Shown here piece by piece: positions 32,236 through 41,920 of a stretch of 64,000 bases of DNA. Position 1 is the first letter of the stretch, and the number at the start of each line of letters is the position of its first letter. The position numbers and the translations under genes are program-made. Source of the DNA: an uncultured Bacteroidota bacterium (GTDB taxonomy: Bacteria; Bacteroidota; Bacteroidia; Flavobacteriales; Flavobacteriaceae); NCBI GenBank assembly GCA_902515405.1, contig CABXUS010000001.1, forward strand, positions 26,639 through 90,638, written 5' to 3'. Below the pieces are notes generated by a model that worked only from the letters and a program-made list of their open reading frames with translations, was not told the DNA's origin and ran no database searches.

Positions 32236-32640
32236 ATGAAAAAAGTACTTTTACCATTAATCCTTTTGTTTTCCTTGAATTCTATTAATTCACAAGAAAA
32301 TTATAAATCTTTGCTTATTGAATACATGACTGCTCAAGGACAGTTCGAAACATTTAATGCTACAATCGATCAAATGGGAACAATGATGGGAGTTACAATT
32401 AAAGATGAAAATAGAGAAGAGTTTACAAATGATGTAATGGGAAGTTTGATAGAACTATTAGTCCCAGTATATCAAAAGCATTTTACAGTAGAAGATTTAA
32501 AAGATGCAATTCAAATGTATAAAACTCCAATTGGTAAAAAGATAAGTGAAAAAACTCCAATTATAGCGCAAGAAACTATGCAAGCTAGTATGCAATGGGG
32601 AATGGAGCTAAGTCAAAAAATGCAAAAATATTTAGAATAA
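32236..32640 (+). CDS. DUF2059-like secreted protein
   Basis: 134 aa. Signal peptide, helical, with the YQKHFTVEDLKDAIQMYKTPIGKKI motif characteristic of DUF2059. Confidence 0.5.
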   Translation: MKKVLLPLILLFSLNSINSQENYKSLLIEYMTAQGQFETFNATIDQMGTMMGVTIKDENREEFTNDVMGSLIELLVPVYQKHFTVEDLKDAIQMYKTPIGKKISEKTPIIAQETMQASMQWGMELSQKMQKYLE

Positions 32641-32721
32641 ATAAAATTTAAATAATTCTAAAATTAGTTTAAGTACAAAAATTTCTATTTTCAGTTAGTT
32701 TGATTTTTAAGATTTACTAAT

Positions 32722-32760
32722 GTGATTAGCTCAGTTGGTTCAGAGCACTACCTTGACAGG
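32722..32760 (+). pseudogene. orphan 5' half of tRNA-Val (39 nt, ends just after the anticodon loop)
   Basis: GTGATTAGCTCAGTTGGTTCAGAGCACTACCTTGACAGG is identical to 33455-33493 of the intact tRNA-Val. Identity stops abruptly at 32761. Confidence 0.85.
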
Positions 32761-32895
32761 ATGAATTTTGCCTATTAATAGTATTTCTCAACAATATATA
32801 TAATTGCCTTTACTCTGTTCACTATAATCTTCTTAATTGTATACAAAATGTATACATTTTATTATATTGTACAAACTAAGTTTAAACTATTAATT

Positions 32896-33432
32896 ATGAA
32901 AAATTTTTTTTCTTTATTATTCTTTTTCATTTTTTCAATTTCGTACTCGCAAAGTACAGTGGATCTAGATATGTCCTCTAAAGATTATAAAAAAATATTG
33001 AAAAAATTAGACCTTAAGATTACCAATAGGGGATATAATGCTGCTGGCCCCATATTTGTCAAAGTGTCAACATATGATGCTGCACAACCAAGTGCATATG
33101 TAAGGCTTTGGAATGAAGCACTTTTTGAAATGGATATGCCTGTCGGTAATATTACTGATGAGAGTAATGATATTGTCACAATTGATGCTGATTGGATTTT
33201 TCAATTAGAAGGAAAAGTAGGTTCAAATGGTTATGGTATGGCTATGTCTTTCGGAGGAGGTTTGTCTGGAAAGATTTTAGACTTTAATAATAATGATAAA
33301 ATGGTTGCAACATTCTCTACTAAAGAAAAAATGAATTTTACTTCGGGCTTAGATGATAATGTGAAAAGAGGGGAAAGATTTAAACAAATGATCAAGGTAA
33401 TTGTAAATGAAATCTTACTCTCTATAAAATAA
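32896..33432 (+). CDS. hypothetical secreted protein (ORFan) between the tRNA-Val fragment and the intact tRNA-Val
   Basis: Start at MKNFFSLLFFFIFSISYSQ (signal peptide). No recognisable domain. Confidence 0.5.
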   Translation: MKNFFSLLFFFIFSISYSQSTVDLDMSSKDYKKILKKLDLKITNRGYNAAGPIFVKVSTYDAAQPSAYVRLWNEALFEMDMPVGNITDESNDIVTIDADWIFQLEGKVGSNGYGMAMSFGGGLSGKILDFNNNDKMVATFSTKEKMNFTSGLDDNVKRGERFKQMIKVIVNEILLSIK

Positions 33433-33452
33433 TCTAAAAACTATATAGAGGA

Positions 33453-33527
33453 GGGTGATTAGCTCAGTTGGTTCAGAGCACTACCTTGACAGGGTAGGGG
33501 TCACTGGTTCGAATCCAGTATCACCCA
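33453..33527 (+). tRNA. tRNA-Val (anticodon GAC)
   Basis: Acceptor GGGTGAT/ATCACCC, D arm GCTC..GAGC, anticodon stem CTACC/GGTAG with loop TTGACAG, T arm ACTGG-TTCGAAT-CCAGT, followed by a T-run. Confidence 0.92.
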
Positions 33528-33580
33528 CATTTTTTTTATTTTTTTATTGTCTTGGCATTTGTTTTGTTTAACATATATCT

Positions 33581-34708
33581 ATGAAAATTTTTGATAATAT
33601 TCCTTTAAAAGGTTGGTCCTTTTCGTTATTCAAAGAAAAAAATATTACTCCTTTTGAAAAATTGTTCGAAATTTTTAAAGAACTTATTACTTACACATCT
33701 GGAGACTTTGACGAGGCTATTGATTGGTTAAGACAGCTTGACAAAGAGTATCTTCTAACTGATGAAGATTATACTATTGATGATTTTATAGAAGATTTAT
33801 TACAAAAAGGTTTTATTAATGCTGAAATTAGTTCAGATGGTGACAAAACTTTAAACAAGATTTCTGCTAAAATGGAAAAAGCTCTTAGAAAGTTTGCCCT
33901 AAAAAAAATATTTGGAAAAATTAAAAAGTCAAGAGCTGGAAATCATAAATCAAAGTATTCTGGATCTGATGATGATGATGTTAATGACTATAAAAACTAT
34001 CAGTATGGAGACCAAGTTGATAAAATTATAATTAGTGAGAGTTTAAAGAACATGTACTCAAGAACTGGCAATGATGAGTTAGATTTAATATCTGATGATA
34101 TTGTTGTAAGAAATTCATCTTATAATTCTCAAATGAGTACTGTTTTAATGATTGATATAAGTCATAGTATGATTCTATATGGTGAAGACAGAATTACACC
34201 TGCAAAAAAAGTTGCAATGGCACTAGCAGAATTGATTATTACTAGATATCCAAAGGACACATTAGATATATTAGTTTTTGGTAATGACGCTAAAATAATT
34301 CCTTTAAAGCAGTTACCTTATCTCAAAGTGGGACCATATCATACAAATACTGTTGCAGGCTTACAATTGGCAATGGATATTTTGAAAAAGAAAAAGAATA
34401 ATAATAAGCAAATTTTGATGATCACAGACGGTAAACCAAGTTGTTTAAAATTAAGTGACGGAAGTTATTACAAAAATAGTTCGGGTCTTGATTCCAGAAT
34501 AACTAATAAATGTTATAACATGGCAAAACAGGCTAAAAAACTTAATATTCCAATAACAACTTTTATGATTGCCAGAGATGCTTATTTACAGCATTTTGTA
34601 AGAGAATTCGCGAAAGCGAATAACGGAAAGGCATTCTACACAGGACTTGACAATCTTGGTGAAATGATTTTCGAAGATTATGAAAGCAATAGAAAAAGAA
34701 AAATATAA
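33581..34708 (+). CDS. VWA-domain protein (CoxE/ChlD C-terminal-like)
   Basis: 375 aa. MIDAS motif DISHS (aa 192-196), with downstream T and D (ILMITDGKPS). Confidence 0.75.
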   Translation: MKIFDNIPLKGWSFSLFKEKNITPFEKLFEIFKELITYTSGDFDEAIDWLRQLDKEYLLTDEDYTIDDFIEDLLQKGFINAEISSDGDKTLNKISAKMEKALRKFALKKIFGKIKKSRAGNHKSKYSGSDDDDVNDYKNYQYGDQVDKIIISESLKNMYSRTGNDELDLISDDIVVRNSSYNSQMSTVLMIDISHSMILYGEDRITPAKKVAMALAELIITRYPKDTLDILVFGNDAKIIPLKQLPYLKVGPYHTNTVAGLQLAMDILKKKKNNNKQILMITDGKPSCLKLSDGSYYKNSSGLDSRITNKCYNMAKQAKKLNIPITTFMIARDAYLQHFVREFAKANNGKAFYTGLDNLGEMIFEDYESNRKRKI

Positions 34709-36171
34709 TGATAAAACCTAAATTAAAAAACGTAAAAAAGTTAAAAGACTCTGGTTATAAGTCAAGGTCAATAAAGGATGAATTATCAGAAAATTTATCA
34801 GATCTTATTAAATCTGGTAAACCTTCGTTTCCAAATATTCATGGATATGAAAACACTGTAATTCCTGATTTAGAAAGAGCAATTTTATCAAAACATAATA
34901 TAAATTTTCTTGGACTAAGAGGTCAAGCTAAGACAAGATTAGCTAGAATGATGGTGGAATTATTAGATGATTGGATGCCAATTATTAAAGGTTCTGAAAT
35001 TAATGATGATCCACTCAATCCAGTTTCAACAATTGGAAAAAAAATAATTGAAAAAAATGGTGATGATTCAGAAATTGATTGGGTTCATAAAAGTGAAAGA
35101 TTTTATGAAAAGCTTGCAACACCCGATGTAACAGTTTCAGATCTTATTGGGGATATAGACCCAATAAAAGCTGCTAGCTTAAAACTTTCTTATGCTGATG
35201 AAAGTGTTATTCATTTTGGAATGATACCAAGAGCAAATAGATCCATATTTGTTATAAATGAGCTACCAGATTTACAAGCTAGAATTCAAGTAAGTTTGTT
35301 TTCAATTCTGGAAGAAAAGGAAATTCAAATTAGAGGATTTAAGTTAAGAATACCCTTAGATATTCAATTTATATTCACTGCTAATCCTGAAGATTATACA
35401 AATCGAGGAAGTATTGTTACTCCGCTAAAGGATAGAATTGGATCTCAAATAATTACTCATTATCCACATAGTTTAAATATTGCAAAGAAAATTACACAGC
35501 AAGAATCTAAGATTTTTGATTCTGAAATATATGTACCTGAACTGGCTAAGGATCTAATAGAAGAAATAAATTTTGCAGCTCGTAAAAGTGAATTTGTTGA
35601 CTTTAAAAGTGGGGTAAGTGCTAGAATGAGTATAACAGCATATGAAAATTTAATTAGTACAGCTAAAAGAAGAATGCTAATTAATAATGAAAAAAATACA
35701 TCAATAAGATTATCAGATTTTACTGGTATCATTCCTTCGATTAATGGTAAAATTGAACTTGTATATGAAGGTGAGGAACAAGGAGCTGATAATATTTCAT
35801 TTGATTTAATAAATGAGGGAGTTAAAAATATTTTTTTAAAATACTTTCCAGAGATTAGTAAATTACAAAAACCAAATCAAACTGATGATTATGATCAAAT
35901 TATAACATGGTTTGTTGAAAATAATAAAGAACTATTTATAGGAGATGAATTTTCTAATAATGAATACCAGATTGCTATTAATGAAATTAAGCCAATTAAT
36001 AAGCTTATCAGTAAGTATTGTAAAAATGAAAATAAAGAGGATATTTTATTCATTAAAGAAATATTACTTTGGGGTCTTACATCCTTTAATAAGCTTTTAA
36101 AAAATAGAATGCTTGATGGTATTGAATTTAAAGATTCATTAGGATCATATCTAAATGATTTGAATACTTAG
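34708..36171 (+). CDS. ChlI/BchI-like AAA+ ATPase with degenerate Walker motifs
   Basis: 487 aa. GLRGQAKT at the Walker A position (34912-34935), FVINELPDL at Walker B (Asn instead of Asp, 35257-35259), FTANPEDYTNRGSIVTPLKDRIG. ATGA-type overlap with the VWA gene. Confidence 0.7.
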   Translation: MIKPKLKNVKKLKDSGYKSRSIKDELSENLSDLIKSGKPSFPNIHGYENTVIPDLERAILSKHNINFLGLRGQAKTRLARMMVELLDDWMPIIKGSEINDDPLNPVSTIGKKIIEKNGDDSEIDWVHKSERFYEKLATPDVTVSDLIGDIDPIKAASLKLSYADESVIHFGMIPRANRSIFVINELPDLQARIQVSLFSILEEKEIQIRGFKLRIPLDIQFIFTANPEDYTNRGSIVTPLKDRIGSQIITHYPHSLNIAKKITQQESKIFDSEIYVPELAKDLIEEINFAARKSEFVDFKSGVSARMSITAYENLISTAKRRMLINNEKNTSIRLSDFTGIIPSINGKIELVYEGEEQGADNISFDLINEGVKNIFLKYFPEISKLQKPNQTDDYDQIITWFVENNKELFIGDEFSNNEYQIAINEIKPINKLISKYCKNENKEDILFIKEILLWGLTSFNKLLKNRMLDGIEFKDSLGSYLNDLNT

Positions 36172-36184
36172 GTTTATTTAATAT

Positions 36185-37504
36185 TTAGAAAGAATTTTCA
36201 ATAATTTGACCTGATATTTTTAAGAGAAATAATTCAGATAGTTTTGCATCATACATAACAGTATTTCTTGAAAGTTCTGCATTAAGTAAATTAATTTGAG
36301 CTCTTCTAAACTCTATAGAAGAAACTATTCCAATGTTATATTTCTCTAAATTTCTTAAAAAATTATTGTTACTTGTATTGAAGCTTTTTTCCTGAACTTC
36401 TAGAATAAAAAGGTTGTTCATATATGATTCATAAGCATTATTCAATTCTTTGTTGAAAGCTAAAATAGCTTTCTCTCTCTCGATTTTTGAATTTTCAAGT
36501 TGAATTTTAGCATTTTTATTTGCAGTAATCCTTTTTCCTCCACTAAAAATATCCCATGATAAATTAATGCCTCCAGAAAAACCATTATAAATATTAGTAT
36601 TAAAAAAAGCATATGGATTATTATTTGTGCTTTCATTCCAATCATATGATCCAATAAGCCCTATTGTTGGTAGGTATGTTGATTTAATTGATTGAAGTTC
36701 ATAATTGGAGATTATTATAGATTTATTATAAATTTTTAGTCTGTTGTTATTTTCTGAAGCACTATTATAAAACTTTAAAATATTTTCTTTGGAATTATAT
36801 GTTACTGTCTTTTCATAAGAATAATTAGAATCTAAGTCAACATTCATAATTAGATTTAAATCTCGTTTTGCATTTGACAGATTTTTAATTGAATTTAAAT
36901 ATCTAATGCTGTCTGTATTAACATCAACTTCAGCATTTAAAACTTCAAGTTTAGTAGTTTGGCCAAATTCAAATTGAACTTTTTTTCTTTCAAGTCTTGA
37001 TTTTGAAATTTCAACAGATGATTGAATAATTTCTTTTTCTTCGCTAAGTCTACAAACTTCATAGTAAACGGTAAATAGTTGCAATAATGTGTTTTCAATT
37101 ACTTCTTTTACTTCAAGTTCAGATTTATTTAATAATTCTTTAGATTTTTTATAGTTAAAATTTCTTCCAGAATTATCAAAAAGTGTATAATTTACAGAAA
37201 CGTTTGAAAAACTGTTTTCGCTTTTCATTTCGTCTAGTTTACCAGATATATTATTAGGGGTTTCAATTTCAATATCTTGTTCACTTTTATTTATTCCTGC
37301 ATTGGATCTTATAGTTGGCAAATAACCACTATTCATAATACTTGCATTATTTTTTGAAATCTTACTTTGATTTTCAATAATTTTTATATCAAGATTATTT
37401 TCAAGAGTAATTTTTACAGCATCACTAATTTTTAGTTTTTCTTGAGCTAAAGAAAAAGCTGTAAAGAAGATTAGTAAAAATGATATTGGTTTTATATTAT
37501 TCAT
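36185..37504 (-). CDS. TolC-family outer-membrane efflux protein
   Basis: 439 aa. Signal peptide, two-fold repeated coiled/beta architecture, last gene of the MFP-RND-OMF operon. Confidence 0.8.
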   Translation of the reverse strand: MNNIKPISFLLIFFTAFSLAQEKLKISDAVKITLENNLDIKIIENQSKISKNNASIMNSGYLPTIRSNAGINKSEQDIEIETPNNISGKLDEMKSENSFSNVSVNYTLFDNSGRNFNYKKSKELLNKSELEVKEVIENTLLQLFTVYYEVCRLSEEKEIIQSSVEISKSRLERKKVQFEFGQTTKLEVLNAEVDVNTDSIRYLNSIKNLSNAKRDLNLIMNVDLDSNYSYEKTVTYNSKENILKFYNSASENNNRLKIYNKSIIISNYELQSIKSTYLPTIGLIGSYDWNESTNNNPYAFFNTNIYNGFSGGINLSWDIFSGGKRITANKNAKIQLENSKIEREKAILAFNKELNNAYESYMNNLFILEVQEKSFNTSNNNFLRNLEKYNIGIVSSIEFRRAQINLLNAELSRNTVMYDAKLSELFLLKISGQIIENSF

Positions 37505-40500
37505 TTTTTTCTATTTAACTCTACCACAGGAGACTCAACATCTCTTTTGTCTACGTTTTTACCAGTTGTTAGCCATATTCCTTTAACTTTTAAAGTATTG
37601 GTAATTGATATTAATATTGGAAGAAGAATCAAGGTTAAAAATGTAGCATATCCTATTCCATATGCAATTGAAATTGCCATTGGTTTTAAAAGTTGTGCTT
37701 GAAAACTTTTTTCTAAAATAATTGGTGCAAGACCTGCCATGGTAGTAATTGATGTTAAAAATATTGCTCTAAACCTTACTCTTCCTGCTTCAAAAATCGC
37801 ATCATCAAATGTCATACCTTCCCTAAGATTAGAATTAAATTTAGAGATAAGAACTAAACCATCATTAACTAGAATACCAATTAATGCAATTATTCCAAGT
37901 AATGAAATAACATTAACAGGAAATCCATGTAAAAGATGCCCCCAAGCAACTGTAGTTAAACTAAAGGGAATTAAAAGTAATAGTAAAAATGGTTGACTGT
38001 ATGTTCTAAATGTAAAACCAATTGTAGCAAAAATTAGAAATAATGCCAGAGGAAATACTGTATAGGCTGATTGTATAGTTTTATTAGCTTCTCTATATTG
38101 ACCTTCAAAAGAAGCGGAAATCGATGGATATTTCTCTTGAATTTGAGGGATAGTATTATTTCTAAGATTAAAAACAATATCAGCTGCGCTAATGCTAGGG
38201 TCAATTAAATTAGCATTTATTTGTATTTCTCTTTTACCATCTAAATGATTTATTGAAACATCACCTCTTTTAACTTCATATGTAGCTATTTCACTTAATG
38301 CAACTCTATTACCTTTTGGAGTAAGTATTTTCATTTGCTCCAAATTATTAACATATGAACGTGTATTTTTATTATATCTAACCCAAACTTTAATTTCATC
38401 ATCTCCTCTTTGAAATCTTTGCGCTTCAATTCCAAAAAATGCTGATCTGATTTGATACATTATTGCAGATAATTCTAGACCAGCTATATAGGCATTTTCC
38501 TTTAATTTTACTTGAATTTCTTTAATGCCCTCAGGATCGTTGTTAGAAACATCAATTAAAAGTGGATTATTTTTAAGATTAATTATTAATTCATTTTTAG
38601 CTTGTTTTAATTCACTTAAATTATTTGTTTCACTTAACAAAGAAATTGAAACCGGACTTCCTCCAAAATTGGCAGCATCGTTAAGTGTAAATCTTTCAGC
38701 ACCAACAATTTCTCCAGTTTTTTCTCTAATCAAAGATGCAAGCATTGATGCATTAATAGAGCTAGGTCTTTCCTCACTATCTAAAATATAAATTTCTAAA
38801 GATGCAGTTGAAGAACCACCAACATCACCAAATCCTTTAACCATCGACATGTTATCTGCTGAAAAACCTAAATTTTTATTTATGTATTGAATTAGATCTC
38901 TTTCATCGTTCTTCATATACTTGCTTTTCAACTCTTTACCTGATTCCAAAGCATTTTTTTCAATCATTGAGATAATTGAATCTGTAGTTTTTTCATTTGT
39001 ACCCATTGGCATTTTAAGATCAATTGTAAGGATATCACTGTCTACAATAGGAAAAAAATCAACTGGAATTATTCCTCCTATAACAGAACTTACCGTGAGA
39101 TATAATGCTGCAATGAAGCCAGACAAACTTGCAAATCGGTTTTCAAGACCAAACTTTAACATTGGACTATAAATTTTGTCTCGAAGCCAATTCATAATTT
39201 CAAAACCCTTGGAATTAATTTTTTTCATAAACTCGAAAAAATTAAACTTTTCATCATTAATAACCTCTTTGCTATTTTTAAGAGCATTTGATTTTGAAAG
39301 GTGAGCTGGTAATAAAATAAGTGCTTCAACCAATGAAATAGTTAAAGTAAGTATAACTATTAGTGCTACTTCTCCAAAGAAATCTCCAACATCTCCATCA
39401 AGTAGTAGTAAGGAGGAGAATGCAATTATTGTTGTAATAATTGCTGATACAATGGCAGGCATAACCTCTAATGTTCCATCAATAGCAGCTTGATCAGGAG
39501 TTTTGCCTTGTTCGTAATGTCTATAAATATTTTCAGCAATAACAATTCCATCATCAACTAAAATTCCAATAACTACAATCATTCCAAATAGAGACATCAA
39601 ATTAATAGTTATATCAAATTCACCAGCAAAAATGAACATTCCTAAAAATGAAATAGGAATACTAAAAGCAACCCAGAAAGCTAACCTAATATTTAAGAAA
39701 AGAGATAGAAAAATTAACACAAGAAAAATACCAATTCCTCCATTTTCAAGCAAAAGATTTGTCCTTTGTTTAAGTGAAATTGAATAATCTTTTAAAACAG
39801 TTAATTTAAATCTGTCATTTGATAAATTAAACTCATCTATATAAGAATTTATGATTTCAGCTGAGTCTAATAAATCTTCACTATTTGTATTGGAGGTAGT
39901 AATAACAACAGCTGAATTATAATCAACAAATGTTGATATGGGGGTTTCAGAAAATTTATCACTAATTTTTGAAACATCTCCAAGTCTAACAATAGTACCT
40001 TTTGAATCTTTTTTCAAAACTAAATTTTGAAGACCGTTTGCATAATAATTTTTATTATTGGCTCTAATTAAAAAATCTTCTTCGTTAGTTTTTATATTTC
40101 CACCACTTATCAGAATATTTGAATTGCTAACAGCATTGACAATTTCCTGAAAACTTAAATTATATGCTAAAAGATTTTGTTCATTTATAGAAATTTCTAT
40201 TTCTTCATCTGGAAACCCTGAAAGTGTCACTTGAGAAATTCCCTCTACAGCCCTTAAATCATCTTCAACATTCTTAGCCATATTTTTAAGGGACTTCAAA
40301 TCAATTTCAGCACCACTAAGTGAAAATATAACTGTTGGTTGTTGTTCCTCAATTTTAGTCACTACAACAGGTTCAAGTGATATTGGAAAAGAAGGGACTT
40401 TATCAACAGCATTTTTAATTTCAAATAACATTGCATCAATATCGTAGTCAGGATCAGTTTCAATAAGCACAGTTCCAGTATTTTCTCTGGAAGTTGAAGT

Positions 40501-40743
40501 AACCCTTGTAACACCTGGAATTCCCTTTAAATTTTCCTCAATTTTTAAAATAACACCTTTTTCAATTTCATCAGGTGAAGCACCAGGATAATTTGCATTT
40601 ATTGAAATAAATTTTGAATCAATTAAAGGAAAAAAAGATGATTTTAAAGAAATAATACCAGCTATGCCAAATACGAAGAAAAAAAGTATTAAAATATTTA
40701 CAGCTTTTGGATAAGTAACAAAATATTTAATTATTCTTCTCAC
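37501..40743 (-). CDS. RND efflux transporter permease (AcrB/CzcA superfamily)
   Basis: 1080 aa, 12-TM layout with two large periplasmic loops. VDDGIVIAENI and NDGLVLIS motifs. Confidence 0.9.
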   Translation of the reverse strand: MRRIIKYFVTYPKAVNILILFFFVFGIAGIISLKSSFFPLIDSKFISINANYPGASPDEIEKGVILKIEENLKGIPGVTRVTSTSRENTGTVLIETDPDYDIDAMLFEIKNAVDKVPSFPISLEPVVVTKIEEQQPTVIFSLSGAEIDLKSLKNMAKNVEDDLRAVEGISQVTLSGFPDEEIEISINEQNLLAYNLSFQEIVNAVSNSNILISGGNIKTNEEDFLIRANNKNYYANGLQNLVLKKDSKGTIVRLGDVSKISDKFSETPISTFVDYNSAVVITTSNTNSEDLLDSAEIINSYIDEFNLSNDRFKLTVLKDYSISLKQRTNLLLENGGIGIFLVLIFLSLFLNIRLAFWVAFSIPISFLGMFIFAGEFDITINLMSLFGMIVVIGILVDDGIVIAENIYRHYEQGKTPDQAAIDGTLEVMPAIVSAIITTIIAFSSLLLLDGDVGDFFGEVALIVILTLTISLVEALILLPAHLSKSNALKNSKEVINDEKFNFFEFMKKINSKGFEIMNWLRDKIYSPMLKFGLENRFASLSGFIAALYLTVSSVIGGIIPVDFFPIVDSDILTIDLKMPMGTNEKTTDSIISMIEKNALESGKELKSKYMKNDERDLIQYINKNLGFSADNMSMVKGFGDVGGSSTASLEIYILDSEERPSSINASMLASLIREKTGEIVGAERFTLNDAANFGGSPVSISLLSETNNLSELKQAKNELIINLKNNPLLIDVSNNDPEGIKEIQVKLKENAYIAGLELSAIMYQIRSAFFGIEAQRFQRGDDEIKVWVRYNKNTRSYVNNLEQMKILTPKGNRVALSEIATYEVKRGDVSINHLDGKREIQINANLIDPSISAADIVFNLRNNTIPQIQEKYPSISASFEGQYREANKTIQSAYTVFPLALFLIFATIGFTFRTYSQPFLLLLLIPFSLTTVAWGHLLHGFPVNVISLLGIIALIGILVNDGLVLISKFNSNLREGMTFDDAIFEAGRVRFRAIFLTSITTMAGLAPIILEKSFQAQLLKPMAISIAYGIGYATFLTLILLPILISITNTLKVKGIWLTTGKNVDKRDVESPVVELNRKK

Positions 40744-41852
40744 TAATTGACAATTTTTACTTTCATTCCATCATATACTCCTGGAATGTAAGTCTTCAAA
40801 ATATTCATACCATTTTCAAGACCTTTAACAATTACAGTTTCATCATCATAAAATATTGGATTAACATTAAAAATTCCAATGGTCATATTGTCTTTTATAT
40901 AGTAAATGAAGGAATCATTAATTAAAAGAGATCTAGAAAGTGAAAAACTATCATCAATATTTCCTAAAGGAATATAGACTTCAGAATACATACCATCTTT
41001 GAGGTTTTCTGATTTAAATTCAACAAACAATCTAATTGATTGAGAGTTATTATCAATAGATTTATTAACTCTAATTATTTTTCCTGTATGCTTAGTGTTA
41101 AAAGTTGATGTAAATAAAACTTCTTTTCCAATTTCTAATTGATTTCCATATTTAGATGGTACAGCAACTTCTAGTTCAAAAACATTAGTATTGATGTAGG
41201 TTCCGAGTTTTTGACCTGTTAAAATTAATGATCCCTCGGTGGAATAAGCTTCAATTAGTGTACCATCATAAGGAGCTGAAATAGTATATTTACTTAATCT
41301 CTCCTCAAGATTTTTTATTTTAAAATATTGAGCCATTAACCCTTTACCAACCAGATAAAATTTTTCTTTATCAGACAATGACTTAGGAAGAGTTTTAGTG
41401 TTTTTTTCAACATCAAATGATTTAAAATACAATTCCCAATTTTTGTAGTTTTTTTTAAAATCAAGTTTAATATCTGGTAAAACAGAAGCAATCATATTTT
41501 GTAATTGACTTCTATTTTGTTTAACAGTTGCTAAAAATTCTTTTGAATTAATTCTAATAATGGCTTCACCTTTTTTATATGATTGACCAACTTTAAATTT
41601 TTTATAATTATCGTTTAGAGTACCCTGCACCTCACTAAATAAGTTTAACTTATATTTAGAAGATAATCTTCCATTTACTTTTACTGAAATGGGATTAGAG
41701 CTATTTTCTATTTCAATAGTTCTAACAGAATGAGTTATGATAGTATTGTTATTGTAAGATTCTGTTTCTTTATTGATTATTAAGTTTGATATATAGTAAG
41801 TTACTAGTAAAACTACAATACCGGACAAAATTGATAAAAACTTTCTTTTCAT
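40743..41852 (-). CDS. RND periplasmic adaptor (HlyD/MFP family)
   Basis: 369 aa. N-terminal TM anchor, lipoyl/hairpin/beta-barrel order, immediately upstream of the RND permease. Confidence 0.8.
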   Translation of the reverse strand: MKRKFLSILSGIVVLLVTYYISNLIINKETESYNNNTIITHSVRTIEIENSSNPISVKVNGRLSSKYKLNLFSEVQGTLNDNYKKFKVGQSYKKGEAIIRINSKEFLATVKQNRSQLQNMIASVLPDIKLDFKKNYKNWELYFKSFDVEKNTKTLPKSLSDKEKFYLVGKGLMAQYFKIKNLEERLSKYTISAPYDGTLIEAYSTEGSLILTGQKLGTYINTNVFELEVAVPSKYGNQLEIGKEVLFTSTFNTKHTGKIIRVNKSIDNNSQSIRLFVEFKSENLKDGMYSEVYIPLGNIDDSFSLSRSLLINDSFIYYIKDNMTIGIFNVNPIFYDDETVIVKGLENGMNILKTYIPGVYDGMKVKIVN

Positions 41853-41920
41853 TTTAGAAACTTTAAATGCAAATTTAATACCAAAACAGTATAGAAAAGT
41901 AATTAATTTATATTTGTTTT

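Noticed and set aside
30960-36171. tRNA-Val-adjacent region as an integrated prophage, ICE or defence island
   Set aside because: There is no integrase, recombinase, transposase, phage structural gene, nuclease, helicase or methylase gene on either side of the tRNA. No second copy of the tRNA 3' end was found by eye downstream. Only the small 5'-half scar is supported.
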